A stretch of DNA of 59,154 nt from a virus: positions 1 through 59,154 of the IMG/VR virus record IMGVR_UViG_3300034072_000679. One strand, 5' to 3'. Below, in pieces: positions 44,100 through 52,961 of the stretch. The notes under the pieces are model-generated. The model had not been told where the DNA came from and did no database searches. It saw nothing but the letters and a program-made list of their open reading frames with translations. The translations under genes were made by a program, and so were the position numbers. The stretch's first letter is position 1. Each line of letters opens with the position of its first letter.

Positions 44100-45151
44100 C
44101 ACAGCAGCCCGTGCTTGCGGAGGACATCCTGCGACTCGTCGATGAACATGGCAAGGGTTGCCGAGTCCTCGTCCGCGTAGCCGTCGTCCGTCTGATCGCC
44201 GCTGACCGTGTACTCGGTCGCGAACTCGCGCAGCTTCGCCGCCATGGCCGGGGCTGCCTTCGTCCGATCCCAGTCGGAAATGATTTCCGTCAAGACGGCG
44301 CGATGTTCTTCCTCGGTCGCAAGAGTCTTGTCCCACGCCTCGCGGTCGATCAAAGGTTCGACTTGCGCCCGGATAATCGAGTCCACGATGCTCGGGGCCA
44401 GAGCGTCAAGCTCCCAGCACTCCTCGGTCTCAAACCGATCCATGTACCACTTGGTCCGGGAGTCGGTCTCCTTGACGAAGTTCGGCGGCGGCTTGAACTC
44501 GCCGATCTGCGGCATCGTCAGGGCGATCCGGCGGAAGTCGATCTGGTGTCGGGCATACATGTCCACCCGCTCCTGCGAAACCTCGGTCATCTGGACCCCG
44601 CTGGGATCGTGGTCGCCCAGATACAGGATCATCGTCTCGTACCCGGCGCGCTTGAACGCTTCCAACCGCTTGCCTGCCTCGTACAGGCCGCTCGACGAGG
44701 AGTAGCCCCGGCACGAGAAGTACGGGAGGCGCAGGGCATCGCACGTCGGCTGGACGATACCGACCGCCGCGTCCTTCTCGACCCAGACCTCGATTCGCCG
44801 CAGAACCGGCTGCTCGTCCCACGGGTCCAGTTTGAAGCTCTCCCGGATACGCTCCAGCGCCCGCTCAGGGCCGTCCCAGACCGAAATCCGACGGAGACCA
44901 CGCGTACGGTCCTCGATGGCATCCCAATCCACCAGACCGGCCTTGCGAGCCGCATCAAGGATGTTGCCGAGGCGCTTGTAGTTCGCCTGCGTGTTCTCGT
45001 AGAGATCGCGGGCGACGAACTGGTAGTGAATCTGGCGCAGGGTCAGCGTGTAGCCCTGTCCCAGATATTCGGCGATGATCTGGTTCGCCTGCCGGATGAC
45101 CCATTCATGGGCCTTGGTGAACTTCTTCGGGATGAACGCTTCAACGGCCAC
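44099..45151 (-). CDS. Spo11/Topo VI-A-like protein (5Y-CAP plus Toprim; Mini-A type), no B subunit nearby
   Basis: LRQIHYQF (R-x3-Y), [11 protein letters not shown] (Toprim Glu), LGDHDPSG (DxDPxG); GTG 45151 seven nt after AAGGAG (ORF extends to 45193). Confidence 0.6.
   Translation of the reverse strand: MAVEAFIPKKFTKAHEWVIRQANQIIAEYLGQGYTLTLRQIHYQFVARDLYENTQANYKRLGNILDAARKAGLVDWDAIEDRTRGLRRISVWDGPERALERIRESFKLDPWDEQPVLRRIEVWVEKDAAVGIVQPTCDALRLPYFSCRGYSSSSGLYEAGKRLEAFKRAGYETMILYLGDHDPSGVQMTEVSQERVDMYARHQIDFRRIALTMPQIGEFKPPPNFVKETDSRTKWYMDRFETEECWELDALAPSIVDSIIRAQVEPLIDREAWDKTLATEEEHRAVLTEIISDWDRTKAAPAMAAKLREFATEYTVSGDQTDDGYADEDSATLAMFIDESQDVLRKHGLL
44277..44287. repeat. GAAATSATTTC palindrome copy
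   Basis: TCGGAAATGATTTCCGTC; read T-E-I-I-S on minus strand. Confidence 0.9.
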
Positions 45152-45302
45152 GGGGCGGCTCCTTGTTCTCGACCTTGTCCGCCGGAGCGGCAAGCTGTTG
45201 CTTGATACGGTCTACCATCTCGACCGTGCTTCCCCGGCGGGGCTGGGGCGGCGGGGCCGCCCGGATCGGATCATTGTCCTGCACGACGGCCCAGCCTCCC
45301 TG

Positions 45303-45551
45303 TTAGCTGAGCTTCGCGCTGAGCATGTCGTAGGCATCGCCGACCTTGGCGACCTTATCAGCCTCGTGGTCGGGGATTTCGATACCGAACTGCTCCTCGA
45401 ACGCCATGGTCAGTTCGACCATGTCGAGCGAATCGCAGCCGAGATCGTCGAGGAAGTCGGATTCGCGGGTGATCTTGTCAGGATCGCAGCCGATATGTTC
45501 GAGGATCGTCTGATTGACCTTGGAAATGATTTCTTCGGTAGACAGGTGCAT
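45303..45551 (-). CDS. Acyl carrier protein
   Basis: 82 aa; DDLGCDSLDMVELTMAFEEQFGIEIP with the DSL phosphopantetheine-serine motif; ATG 45551 after AAGGAG. Confidence 0.8.
   Translation of the reverse strand: MHLSTEEIISKVNQTILEHIGCDPDKITRESDFLDDLGCDSLDMVELTMAFEEQFGIEIPDHEADKVAKVGDAYDMLSAKLS
45523..45533. repeat. GAAATSATTTC palindrome copy
   Basis: TTGGAAATGATTTCTTCG; read E-E-I-I-S near the ACP N-terminus. Confidence 0.9.
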
Positions 45552-45577
45552 GGTAGTACTTCTCCTTTGGTTGTATG

Positions 45578-45781
45578 TTAGCTGCGGAGCGCGCGGGCAG
45601 CGGCCATCGGGTCGCCCCGGCTGATCTGCTGCTGCGCTTCCATGATCTTGCACTGGAGCCGGATAAGCTCGGCCTTCGTGACCGCCGGGCCTCGCCCGAT
45701 AACCATGTCTGCGTAGGCGGAGACACCGCCCGGCTGGGGTGCCGGGATCGGGTCCATCGCGCCGAAAGGACGATCAGCCAT
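45578..45781 (-). CDS. Small hypothetical protein
   Basis: ATG 45781, 8-nt overlap with upstream gene end. Confidence 0.45.
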   Translation of the reverse strand: MADRPFGAMDPIPAPQPGGVSAYADMVIGRGPAVTKAELIRLQCKIMEAQQQISRGDPMAAARALRS

Positions 45782-46421
45782 AGATGACTTCTCCGAACAG
45801 GACGTGCTGGATGAACACGTCATGAGTGATAGCATCGTCGTTCTCGGCGATCAGATCGTCGAAGTGACGGTACGACTTCTCCGCCATCGAGCGCAGGCCC
45901 TTGCGGATTTCGATCAAGCCGACCTCCTTGCAGAGCGGTTCTTCGTCGCCCGGCTCCTCGGGGTTGTCGTAGATCAGTTGCATTTTGCCACCCTTGGCCC
46001 AGAAGTCGTTCTGCGCGTAGAGCGGAGACCCGCTGACACCGTCCGGCTGATACACATAGTCCGCTTTCCGGAGCCAATAAGTCGAGCCGCCCTCGAACGC
46101 GCCGATGATCGCGTTCGTGATCTTCTCCCAGTCCACGGTGGCCGTGATCGAGACGCGCGGCGGCTGGCTATCGTCCTCCTCCGTCTGCGAGAGACAGGAC
46201 CCGGCGAGAGAGAGCATGTTGTCGAAGTACGGGTCCAACACCGGCTTGAGTGCCGCCTGAATGGCGACCGGGCTGAGGTCTGCCGTCGGGCTGTCGTGGA
46301 TGGCCTTCTGGAGTCCGGCGTAGATTGCAGCGATCACCTGCGCGTTGTAGAGCGGATTTCCGGCGGCGAGGATGCGTCCGGCCACGGAGGCAATCGGTTC
46401 GCTGGTTTCACGGGTGGACAT
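45774..46421 (-). CDS. Hypothetical protein
   Basis: 215 aa ORF with protein-like composition. Confidence 0.6.
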   Translation of the reverse strand: MSTRETSEPIASVAGRILAAGNPLYNAQVIAAIYAGLQKAIHDSPTADLSPVAIQAALKPVLDPYFDNMLSLAGSCLSQTEEDDSQPPRVSITATVDWEKITNAIIGAFEGGSTYWLRKADYVYQPDGVSGSPLYAQNDFWAKGGKMQLIYDNPEEPGDEEPLCKEVGLIEIRKGLRSMAEKSYRHFDDLIAENDDAITHDVFIQHVLFGEVIYG

Positions 46422-46422
46422 G

Positions 46423-46433
46423 GAAATGATTTC
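46423..46433. repeat. GAAATSATTTC palindrome copy
   Basis: ATGGAAATGATTTCCTTT; starts 2 nt upstream of the minus-strand ATG at 46421. Confidence 0.9.
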
Positions 46434-46436
46434 CTT

Positions 46437-46646
46437 TCAATCGAAGGTGCCGAGCGGCATGTGATAATACCCTTCCGGGCGAATGATGGGCGTGGCGGGG
46501 GTCTTGCTGGCTTCCTGTCCTTCGACGAAACCTTTCAGGTAGTCGTCGTCCTCAGACTTCGGCTGCTGCCCCCGGTGGCCGTCGAACCAGCCATCGTGCC
46601 AGCGGTCAATCGTGGCGGGATCGGCCTCGCGGAACTCACACGGCAT
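46437..46646 (-). CDS. Small hypothetical protein
   Basis: 69 aa ORF. Confidence 0.5.
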   Translation of the reverse strand: MPCEFREADPATIDRWHDGWFDGHRGQQPKSEDDDYLKGFVEGQEASKTPATPIIRPEGYYHMPLGTFD

Positions 46647-46911
46647 AGCCGGTCTCCCGCAGGTAGGCGGTATCGTGCATCACGTAGTCCGTGACAGAAT
46701 CGAACGGCTGCTCACGGCGCACGGCGATCAGCTTCATGAAATGTTCACGGCTGAGGTCGATGTAGTGCTGCCAGTGCGTGATGGGCGCGCGATGCTGGAA
46801 AGTCTTGACCGAACGCACGAACAACTCAGGGTTCGCTTCGGCCCAGCCAAGGTTGATCTCGGTTTCGCTCCGGGTGACGTTGTCGTGAAACGGTTCAGTA
46901 CCGTCGGACAT
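46636..46911 (-). CDS. Hypothetical protein
   Basis: ATG 46911 after AAGGAG. Confidence 0.55.
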   Translation of the reverse strand: MSDGTEPFHDNVTRSETEINLGWAEANPELFVRSVKTFQHRAPITHWQHYIDLSREHFMKLIAVRREQPFDSVTDYVMHDTAYLRETGYAV

Positions 46912-46991
46912 AAGGCTTCGACTCCTTGATGGCAAAATGCCCGGCGACTCGACATCGCCGGGCATCCTGTTAGCCTAGACCGCTGGCGGGG

Positions 46992-47120
46992 TCAAGCCCC
47001 CTCGTCATCCCCGTCGCGGTTTATCTGGTCGCGCCGGTCCGCCAAAGCCCCCGCTCGGACGATGCACCAGAAACAGAGGCACAGTAGGGCATAAGCAAGC
47101 CCGGCAGCGATCCACCACAT
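46992..47120 (-). CDS. Small membrane protein (42 aa)
   Basis: ATG 47120 after GGAGAA; MWWIAAGLAYALLCLCFWCIV then charged tail; below the ORF-track cut-off. Confidence 0.4.
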   Translation of the reverse strand: MWWIAAGLAYALLCLCFWCIVRAGALADRRDQINRDGDDEGA

Positions 47121-47133
47121 TAGGGTTCTCCTG

Positions 47134-48153
47134 TCAAGGTTCCATGCTCCGGCCACGGGGGTCCGCCAGAGCCACGACCGCCTCTCCCGTCGGGAGGATC
47201 GCCGGGATCGGCCCGGTCACATCCCGAACCATGCCGCCCCGGTAGGCCCGACGGAAGATGAACCCGATATGCTGGCTATCGGTCTGCCCGAAGATCGCCA
47301 CCAGATTCCAGCCATCCTTTTCCATGGCATCAAGCGCCACGGGCAGGTGGATCGGGTTGATCTCCAGCCCGCGCGCAAAGGCATAGCTCTCGCCCTTGTG
47401 GAACACCGAGAAGCGGTGCGGAGGGACCTCCGGGGCATGGGCCAGATCGGTCGGCTGCGTATCGACCAGAACCCGTTCGCCGGTCGTCTCCGCTACGGGG
47501 GCACCCTCAAGCCCTGCCAGCAACGCAGCCCGGATCGCGTTGACGCTCAGCGCATAGCCGGGCAGCGGGCCAAGGTCGTCGAGCTTCTGGATAGCGGTTT
47601 GGATAGCCTCGATCAGCGTGATCGACCGGGCATCGCGCTTGGCCGCATCGAAGGCTGCCTCCTCGACCGGGACGACCCGTTCGCGCCGACGGTCGGGCGA
47701 CATGCAGGCGTGGCGCATGAGATCGGCGAAGAACTCGCGGCTGATCTGCCCGGCGACCAGAGCTTCGGTCTGCCGCTGGAGCCATTCGATGCTCAGGCGC
47801 ACGGCCTCGCTGCCGTCGCGCTCTGCGTAGATGTAGACCGTGTTGTCCGGCTCGACGCGAATCGGTCCGCCCAGTTCGTCGTTGACGGTGACACCGCGCC
47901 ACGTCGGGCCGGTACCCACGGGATCGAGGTTGGCTGCGCGCCAGTCCGCCATGAGTTCGGCATCGCGGCGGGCATCGTCGATCCGGTCGATGTCGTCCGG
48001 GTCCTCGGTCTTGCCCAGACGCTCGCGCTCGTCGGCCCAGAAGCGCAACGTGGCCGGGCCAGCGGGGTCGCGGGCAAGGATGGTGAAGATATGCTCGTCG
48101 GGCATCGCTGCCTCGTAGCAGCGGAAAGCGCCGGGGTTACTTTTGGTGGACAT
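47134..48153 (-). CDS. Hypothetical protein
   Basis: 339 aa; N-terminal NPGAFRCYEAAMPDEHIFTILARDPAGP region recurs in phage proteins of unknown function. Confidence 0.6.
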   Translation of the reverse strand: MSTKSNPGAFRCYEAAMPDEHIFTILARDPAGPATLRFWADERERLGKTEDPDDIDRIDDARRDAELMADWRAANLDPVGTGPTWRGVTVNDELGGPIRVEPDNTVYIYAERDGSEAVRLSIEWLQRQTEALVAGQISREFFADLMRHACMSPDRRRERVVPVEEAAFDAAKRDARSITLIEAIQTAIQKLDDLGPLPGYALSVNAIRAALLAGLEGAPVAETTGERVLVDTQPTDLAHAPEVPPHRFSVFHKGESYAFARGLEINPIHLPVALDAMEKDGWNLVAIFGQTDSQHIGFIFRRAYRGGMVRDVTGPIPAILPTGEAVVALADPRGRSMEP

Positions 48154-48412
48154 GATTCGACTCCTTGATGCTCTCGATGAACGTGACCAGATCGGCCACG
48201 GTGAGATCGCGAGCGAGGGCCTTGGCTTCCGTGGAGGTCAGGTCCTCGCTCACCTGCCTGACATCCGGGTTGGGCTGCGAGCGCCCAAGGTTCGGCCCGG
48301 CGTACACGGCATAGACGTAGTTCCGCCTGCCGGGACCCCGGACGAACTTCTGGTTCACTCGATAGTGGCCCATGATCTCGCGAACGCGAGCCTCGATCTG
48401 TGCGCGGTCCAT
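48137..48412 (-). CDS. Hypothetical protein
   Basis: 91 aa ORF. Confidence 0.55.
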   Translation of the reverse strand: MDRAQIEARVREIMGHYRVNQKFVRGPGRRNYVYAVYAGPNLGRSQPNPDVRQVSEDLTSTEAKALARDLTVADLVTFIESIKESNHVHQK

Positions 48413-48654
48413 CAGTGCTTCACCGGCTTCGGTGCTGCCGGGAGCGCGGCCTGCGCTGCCAGCCAGTCATCGGTGGACAGGTAGACCGCGTTGTCGTCGT
48501 GGTTGATGACCGGGTGTCGGTCGTACACGATCCCGAGAAGCTGTTCGGTGTGGGGGTGGAAAATCTTCGTCCCCGGCTCGACCTGAATCGCGAGGACCTT
48601 GCCGATCTGCGCCATACGGCGCTGCTTGATCTCGGGTTCCTTGTTCTTAGCCAT
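48412..48654 (-). CDS. Hypothetical protein
   Basis: 80 aa ORF, start/stop coupled with neighbours. Confidence 0.55.
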   Translation of the reverse strand: MAKNKEPEIKQRRMAQIGKVLAIQVEPGTKIFHPHTEQLLGIVYDRHPVINHDDNAVYLSTDDWLAAQAALPAAPKPVKH

Positions 48655-48875
48655 TAGTCTCGACCTCCTCGCCCATCCTTGGGCTTGAACTGCTTGTAGG
48701 TGGCGATCATCTGCTCGCGCAGAATCGGAAATGATTTCTCGGCTGCCTCTGCTGGTGTTTCGCCGTCCTCCAGATCGACGGTCACTTGACCCTCGATCCG
48801 GAAGTTCTCGTAGGCGATATGCGGGTGCTGGTAAGTACGCGCAAAGCCGATGGTGATGCGGCTGACCCTAGGCAC
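48654..48875 (-). CDS. Hypothetical protein (start uncertain)
   Basis: C-terminal part of ORF 48654..49019 looks coding; candidate GTG 48875 overlaps upstream TAG. Confidence 0.4.
   Translation of the reverse strand: MPRVSRITIGFARTYQHPHIAYENFRIEGQVTVDLEDGETPAEAAEKSFPILREQMIATYKQFKPKDGRGGRD
48728..48738. repeat. GAAATSATTTC palindrome copy
   Basis: TCGGAAATGATTTCTCGG; read E-K-S-F-P on minus strand. Confidence 0.9.
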
Positions 48876-49254
48876 GGATGCCACCACTAAGGCGGAAAGG
48901 GCCGCCTTGTCGCGCCATCTCAGGGCCGGTCGGGAAGCCGCGCTCGCGCGCCTCCTCGTGCGACGTGATCGGCTGGTGGTCCGGAGACTCCGGGCAGTCG
49001 GTGTGGTGATCCCGGCCACGGGGGGTGTTCACGCAGCAGGGGATGGGACCCTCGGATGGGACCCTTACAAGCTCCAGCATGGGACCCATGGCGATTGCCA
49101 GAGCGCGGAGGTTGCTGTCCAGCTTGCCCCGGATCATCGTGAACTCGGGCATGATCTCACAGAGGTCGTCAAGGACCTCCTGCCGAGTGGCCGCCTCCTC
49201 ACTCAGGTACAGACCACCGTGCTTCGTCTTGAATCCGTTGAACGGCTCGACCAT
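48868..49254 (-). CDS. Hypothetical protein
   Basis: 128 aa ORF. Confidence 0.55.
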   Translation of the reverse strand: MVEPFNGFKTKHGGLYLSEEAATRQEVLDDLCEIMPEFTMIRGKLDSNLRALAIAMGPMLELVRVPSEGPIPCCVNTPRGRDHHTDCPESPDHQPITSHEEARERGFPTGPEMARQGGPFRLSGGIRA

Positions 49255-49271
49255 TGTATTCGACTCCTTGG

Positions 49272-49556
49272 TTACATGATCCTCGTGATGGCGACGGTCA
49301 GGACCAGCGCCCCGGCCTGCGTCATGAAGGACCCGTTCTCGACCGTGAACTTGCGCTCCTTGAACCGCCTGCGCGCCCGGTGGGTCTGCTGATCGGCGAT
49401 ACCGCGAAGCTGCCTGTTGTGTGCGCCGATGGCCCCGTCAGCGAAGCCATAGCGCATGTCGATGCGCCGGGAGATCGACACCGTATCACCGATGTCCATA
49501 TCCTCGATCATCGACTGCCGGTTCTCCTTCCGGCTGATCTCGTAAACTTCTTCCAT
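49272..49556 (-). CDS. Hypothetical protein, first gene of leftward accessory block
   Basis: ATG 49556 three nt after GAGGAG. Confidence 0.55.
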   Translation of the reverse strand: MEEVYEISRKENRQSMIEDMDIGDTVSISRRIDMRYGFADGAIGAHNRQLRGIADQQTHRARRRFKERKFTVENGSFMTQAGALVLTVAITRIM

Positions 49557-49625
49557 GTACTCCTCGACCGTTGATTCGGGGCAGCACAGATGCACGAAAC
49601 CTCCTAGACTGTCAAGCGGTCCCCT

Positions 49626-49670
49626 GACTCCGCTACAGAGGGGGTGCCCCGACTCCACTACAGGGGGGTT
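49626..49670. repeat. Two copies of GACTCC[G/A]CTACAG(A)GGGGG
   Basis: 49626-49648 and 49651-49670; same core as the 23-bp tandem repeats. Confidence 0.8.
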
Positions 49671-49675
49671 CGCTG

Positions 49676-49686
49676 GAAATCATTTC
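49676..49686. repeat. GAAATSATTTC palindrome copy
   Basis: CTGGAAATCATTTCCATT; inside the divergent repeat-rich control region. Confidence 0.9.
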
Positions 49687-49767
49687 CATTCACAGTCGTT
49701 CGCAGATCGTGATCGAGGTTGCGCGGGCGAGCGTCGTGGCCGAGCGGCTGGGATTCCGGCGAATCTG

Positions 49768-49836
49768 TCACACCACTACAGAGGGGGGTCTCACACCGCT
49801 ACAGAGGGGGGTCTCACACCGCTACAGAGGGGGTGC
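49768..49836. repeat. 23-bp tandem direct repeat x3 (TCACACC[A/G]CTACAGAGGGGGGTC)
   Basis: Units 49768-49790, 49791-49813, 49814-49836. Confidence 0.9.
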
Positions 49837-49852
49837 CTGATCTGCCCGCGAG

Positions 49853-49922
49853 CGCGCCTATACGTGCGCGCGTGTACGCGCCTATACGTGCGCGCGCGGC
49901 GCGCGTTACGCGCGCGCGCGGG
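49853..49922. repeat. Two copies of CGCGCCTATACGTGCGCGCG followed by alternating CG tract
   Basis: 49853-49872 and 49877-49896, then GCGCGCGGCGCGCGTTACGCGCGCGCGCG. Confidence 0.85.
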
Positions 49923-49934
49923 ATTCGACTCCAC

Positions 49935-50063
49935 GGCTGGGGCCGCCGGGCGATCAAGGCGAGGGGCTGGGGCCGCCGGGCGATCAAGGCGAGGGGCTGG
50001 GGCCGCCGGGCGATCAAGGCGAGGGGCTGGGGCCGCCGGGCGATCAAGGCGAGGGGCTGGGGC
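49935..50063. repeat. 30-bp tandem repeat x4.3 (GGCTGGGGCCGCCGGGCGATCAAGGCGAGG), iteron-like
   Basis: Perfect units at 49935, 49965, 49995, 50025 plus a 9-bp partial. Confidence 0.95.
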
Positions 50064-50158
50064 TTGTCTGTGATACCGCTAGACTCTGTTAAGGTCCCTG
50101 CGGTACAGGTGAGAGGCTGCGGCATAGGGCCGCCGCTTGATTCGTGGAGTTTTGACCT

Positions 50159-51250
50159 ATGAAAATCGTTCGCAACGAAACCGCGCGGGACCTTTTGACG
50201 GTCTCAGGCGTGACTCTGACCGTGTACTTTGAACCGCTCGCCCGCGCCTCGCAATTCTGGCGCGAGAGGGGGCGGACCCATTCGCAGGCGTTCCGGTTTA
50301 CTCACGACGGGCGCGAGTACTGGGGCGAGACCGTCCGGACCTTTGACAGGGCCGCCCCCTCGGGCGAGCGGGTCCGGGTTGACGTGGAATTGCGGACCCT
50401 TGCGGGCCGCTATGGCCGCGCCTTGCCCGAGAATCAGCGCCAGACTTGGCGGGCCGCGATCAAACGGCAATTTGCGCGGGACCTCGCCGCGTTCGTGGAG
50501 GCGGACGGCTCGCCGGAAACCGTGGAGGCCCGCGCCCGTGGCATGAAACCGGAACCCGTGCCCGCCGGGCCTGAGGCTGCGGCCACCGTGTCGATTGAAA
50601 CGAATTGGGCCGCAGCGGCGGGAATCATTGCCGTTGCCCTTGAAAACGGCACGGGCGAGGGCCGCCAGATGGCGCGCGAGGAATTGCAGCGGATGGCCGC
50701 CCTTGCGGATGAACGCAACGCCCTCGCGCGGGCAAAGGCTGAGGCGGAACCCGCGCAAAACGATATGCGCGAGGCCCTGCTATCGCTCGCAATGGTGGCA
50801 AATGAAACCGCGCACTGCGTAGGGGAACCGGGCGAGATCGCGCGGGATGAAATGGACTCGGCTATCGCGGCGGCCTTTGCGGCCCTCGGGACCGTAGGGG
50901 CGGGACCCTCGCCCGCGCAACGGATTGCCGAGGCGGCCCGGATTGCGCGCGAGGCGCGGGGCGGGTTTGGTCCGGATGAAAACGGGCGGGCCTTGCTGGA
51001 CTCCATTCTGGCGGCCCTTGAACCGCCCGCGCGGCCCGTGGAGCGTGTCACGGTGGCGGACGCTGAGGCGGACGGCTCGCCCTGTTACCGCGTGGCCGCT
51101 GAGGCTGCGGACGGCTCGCCCGTGGAGCTGATTCAATATGCGCCCGGATATCCCGAGGCGGAAAGCCTCGCCCGCACCATGGCCGCCCGGTTCCGTGTCG
51201 ATATCTACGACTCAACCGCTGAGGGCCGCGCGGCCCTCGCCCGTTCCTGA
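50159..51250 (+). CDS. Hypothetical protein (first gene of compositional island)
   Basis: 363 aa Ala/Arg/Glu-rich ORF. Confidence 0.6.
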   Translation: MKIVRNETARDLLTVSGVTLTVYFEPLARASQFWRERGRTHSQAFRFTHDGREYWGETVRTFDRAAPSGERVRVDVELRTLAGRYGRALPENQRQTWRAAIKRQFARDLAAFVEADGSPETVEARARGMKPEPVPAGPEAAATVSIETNWAAAAGIIAVALENGTGEGRQMAREELQRMAALADERNALARAKAEAEPAQNDMREALLSLAMVANETAHCVGEPGEIARDEMDSAIAAAFAALGTVGAGPSPAQRIAEAARIAREARGGFGPDENGRALLDSILAALEPPARPVERVTVADAEADGSPCYRVAAEAADGSPVELIQYAPGYPEAESLARTMAARFRVDIYDSTAEGRAALARS

Positions 51251-51272
51251 GATCGCACAAGGAGTCCAAGCT

Positions 51273-51458
51273 ATGCGCGCAATCAATTACACGGCTAAGG
51301 CCGCCCATTTTGCGGACCTCGCCGCGCGGGCCGCCTATCAGGCCGCCACCTGTCAGGCCGCCGGGTTTGACGCTGAGGCGGACCACTGGGGCGAACGGTC
51401 CGCCCGTTACGACGTACAGGCCGCAAACTATCGCGAGGCCGCCCGCCGGGCCGCCTGA
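51273..51458 (+). CDS. Small hypothetical protein
   Basis: ATG 51273 after conserved CACAAGGAGTCCAAGCT junction. Confidence 0.5.
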   Translation: MRAINYTAKAAHFADLAARAAYQAATCQAAGFDAEADHWGERSARYDVQAANYREAARRAA

Positions 51459-51480
51459 GATCACACAAGGAGTCGAACTT

Positions 51481-52755
51481 ATGAAAACCGTTTTCAGCAC
51501 CCATTCACAGGTTGCCCATGCATGGGCCACACAGGCCCAGCCGTTCGGGCGTTCCCCTACGCCCTCGGGTTCCGGCGGGTATTTTAGCAGCGGGGCCGCG
51601 TCCGCTGATTGCCCGCGCGTTCGCTTTATCGGGCGTGTCTTTTACAGCTATCAGACTCCCGTGGCCCGCCTTGAACCCATTCACGGGCGCGAGGCCCTTT
51701 GCTTGCTAACCGTTCCGAACGAATGGGGGCCTGCAACGGGCGGCCATATTGCGGACGCGGCGGGCGCGGTTTCTCACCTTATCGGCGGGAACGAACCCGG
51801 CGAGCCGTTCCGAATGGGCCGCCGGTTTGAGGTTCCGCATATCGGCGGTTATTCCGCTGGGGCGGATTACTGGCAAAGGCGCGGCGGCCTTGACGATAGG
51901 GGCGAGGTTCCCGCGCCCTCGGCGATAGATCACGCGGGCAACCTGTTGCACCTGATTCAGGTGTACCGTGACCGGGCGGACAATTTCCGCCGGAAACGTG
52001 GCGCTATTTGGTGCCAGTGGAGACCGGGCCACGAATGGCAACCCGGCGAGGACTCGGACGCGGGCCGCTATACTGAGGCGGAACAGGTGGCCGCAGTACT
52101 GCGGGAACGCTGGGCAATGGTGCAGGATTATGCCGAGTTTTTTGGCCCCTTGCATATCCCGGCGGATTTCCCGGACTCGTTCGCAGCGGTTGACGCTGAG
52201 GCCGCCGCTATCATGGCGGAACGCGGGGCCCGCGCGGCCCGCGCCCTCGCCCGCCTTACGCCTGCGGAACGTGAGAGGCGCGAGGCTGCAAAGGCAAAGC
52301 GCAAGGCGGACAGGGAACGCGCGGCGGCCCTGCAATGGGCGGACGCGTCCGAACGGCTCGCCGGATGGCGCGAGGGTCTCAATATCCCGACTCACAGGTT
52401 GCCCCGCTCGCCGGATGGCGCGGCCTATATCCGCGCAACGGGCGTGAAACGGAACCGGGCGGGCGAGATCACGGGCGGGACCCTTGAGACCTCGCAAGGC
52501 GCGCGCGTTCCGTTGCGCGAGGCTATCCGGGTTTATCAGTTTCTCGTTTGCGTTCGGGAACGCGGCGAGGGCTGGGAACCCTCGGGCCTGCGGACAATCC
52601 GAGTCGGGCAATTCCACGTCAACCGGGTTGAACCCTCGGGCGATTTCCGGGCGGGTTGCCACTCGTTTAGCTGGGGCGAGATTCACGCCCTCGCGCAATC
52701 GCTGGGCGTGGCCGCCCTTCCCTGTGACACGTCCGCCGAGTCCGCCGGATGCTGA
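51481..52755 (+). CDS. Hypothetical protein
   Basis: ATG 51481 after the conserved junction; 424 aa; FSTHSQVAHAWATQ N-terminus recurs in mobile-element proteins of unknown function. Confidence 0.6.
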   Translation: MKTVFSTHSQVAHAWATQAQPFGRSPTPSGSGGYFSSGAASADCPRVRFIGRVFYSYQTPVARLEPIHGREALCLLTVPNEWGPATGGHIADAAGAVSHLIGGNEPGEPFRMGRRFEVPHIGGYSAGADYWQRRGGLDDRGEVPAPSAIDHAGNLLHLIQVYRDRADNFRRKRGAIWCQWRPGHEWQPGEDSDAGRYTEAEQVAAVLRERWAMVQDYAEFFGPLHIPADFPDSFAAVDAEAAAIMAERGARAARALARLTPAERERREAAKAKRKADRERAAALQWADASERLAGWREGLNIPTHRLPRSPDGAAYIRATGVKRNRAGEITGGTLETSQGARVPLREAIRVYQFLVCVRERGEGWEPSGLRTIRVGQFHVNRVEPSGDFRAGCHSFSWGEIHALAQSLGVAALPCDTSAESAGC

Positions 52756-52961
52756 GGCCGCTAGAACCGGCTGAGATCGCCGCAAACTGGGCCGCCGCGC
52801 GGCGGTACCTGCGGCGATATTTCCTCGCCCTTATGTTGCCCGCCCTCGCCCTGATATGGGCGAGCGGGTACGGCAAGGGCCTGTTAGACGGCTGGGCCGC
52901 CGCAATGCGCGAGGCCCGCCCGGAAACCGTTTCCAAGGAGTCAAAAAATGCGAGTATTTGA
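52749..52961 (+). CDS. Small membrane protein
   Basis: ATG overlaps upstream stop (ATGCTGA); hydrophobic YFLALMLPALALIWASG. Confidence 0.45.
   Translation: MLRPLEPAEIAANWAAARRYLRRYFLALMLPALALIWASGYGKGLLDGWAAAMREARPETVSKESKNASI

Noticed and set aside
49935-50063. A possible CRISPR array at the 30-bp tandem repeats.
   Set aside because: The units are directly adjacent with no spacers, and no cas genes are present. They behave as iteron-like tandem repeats.
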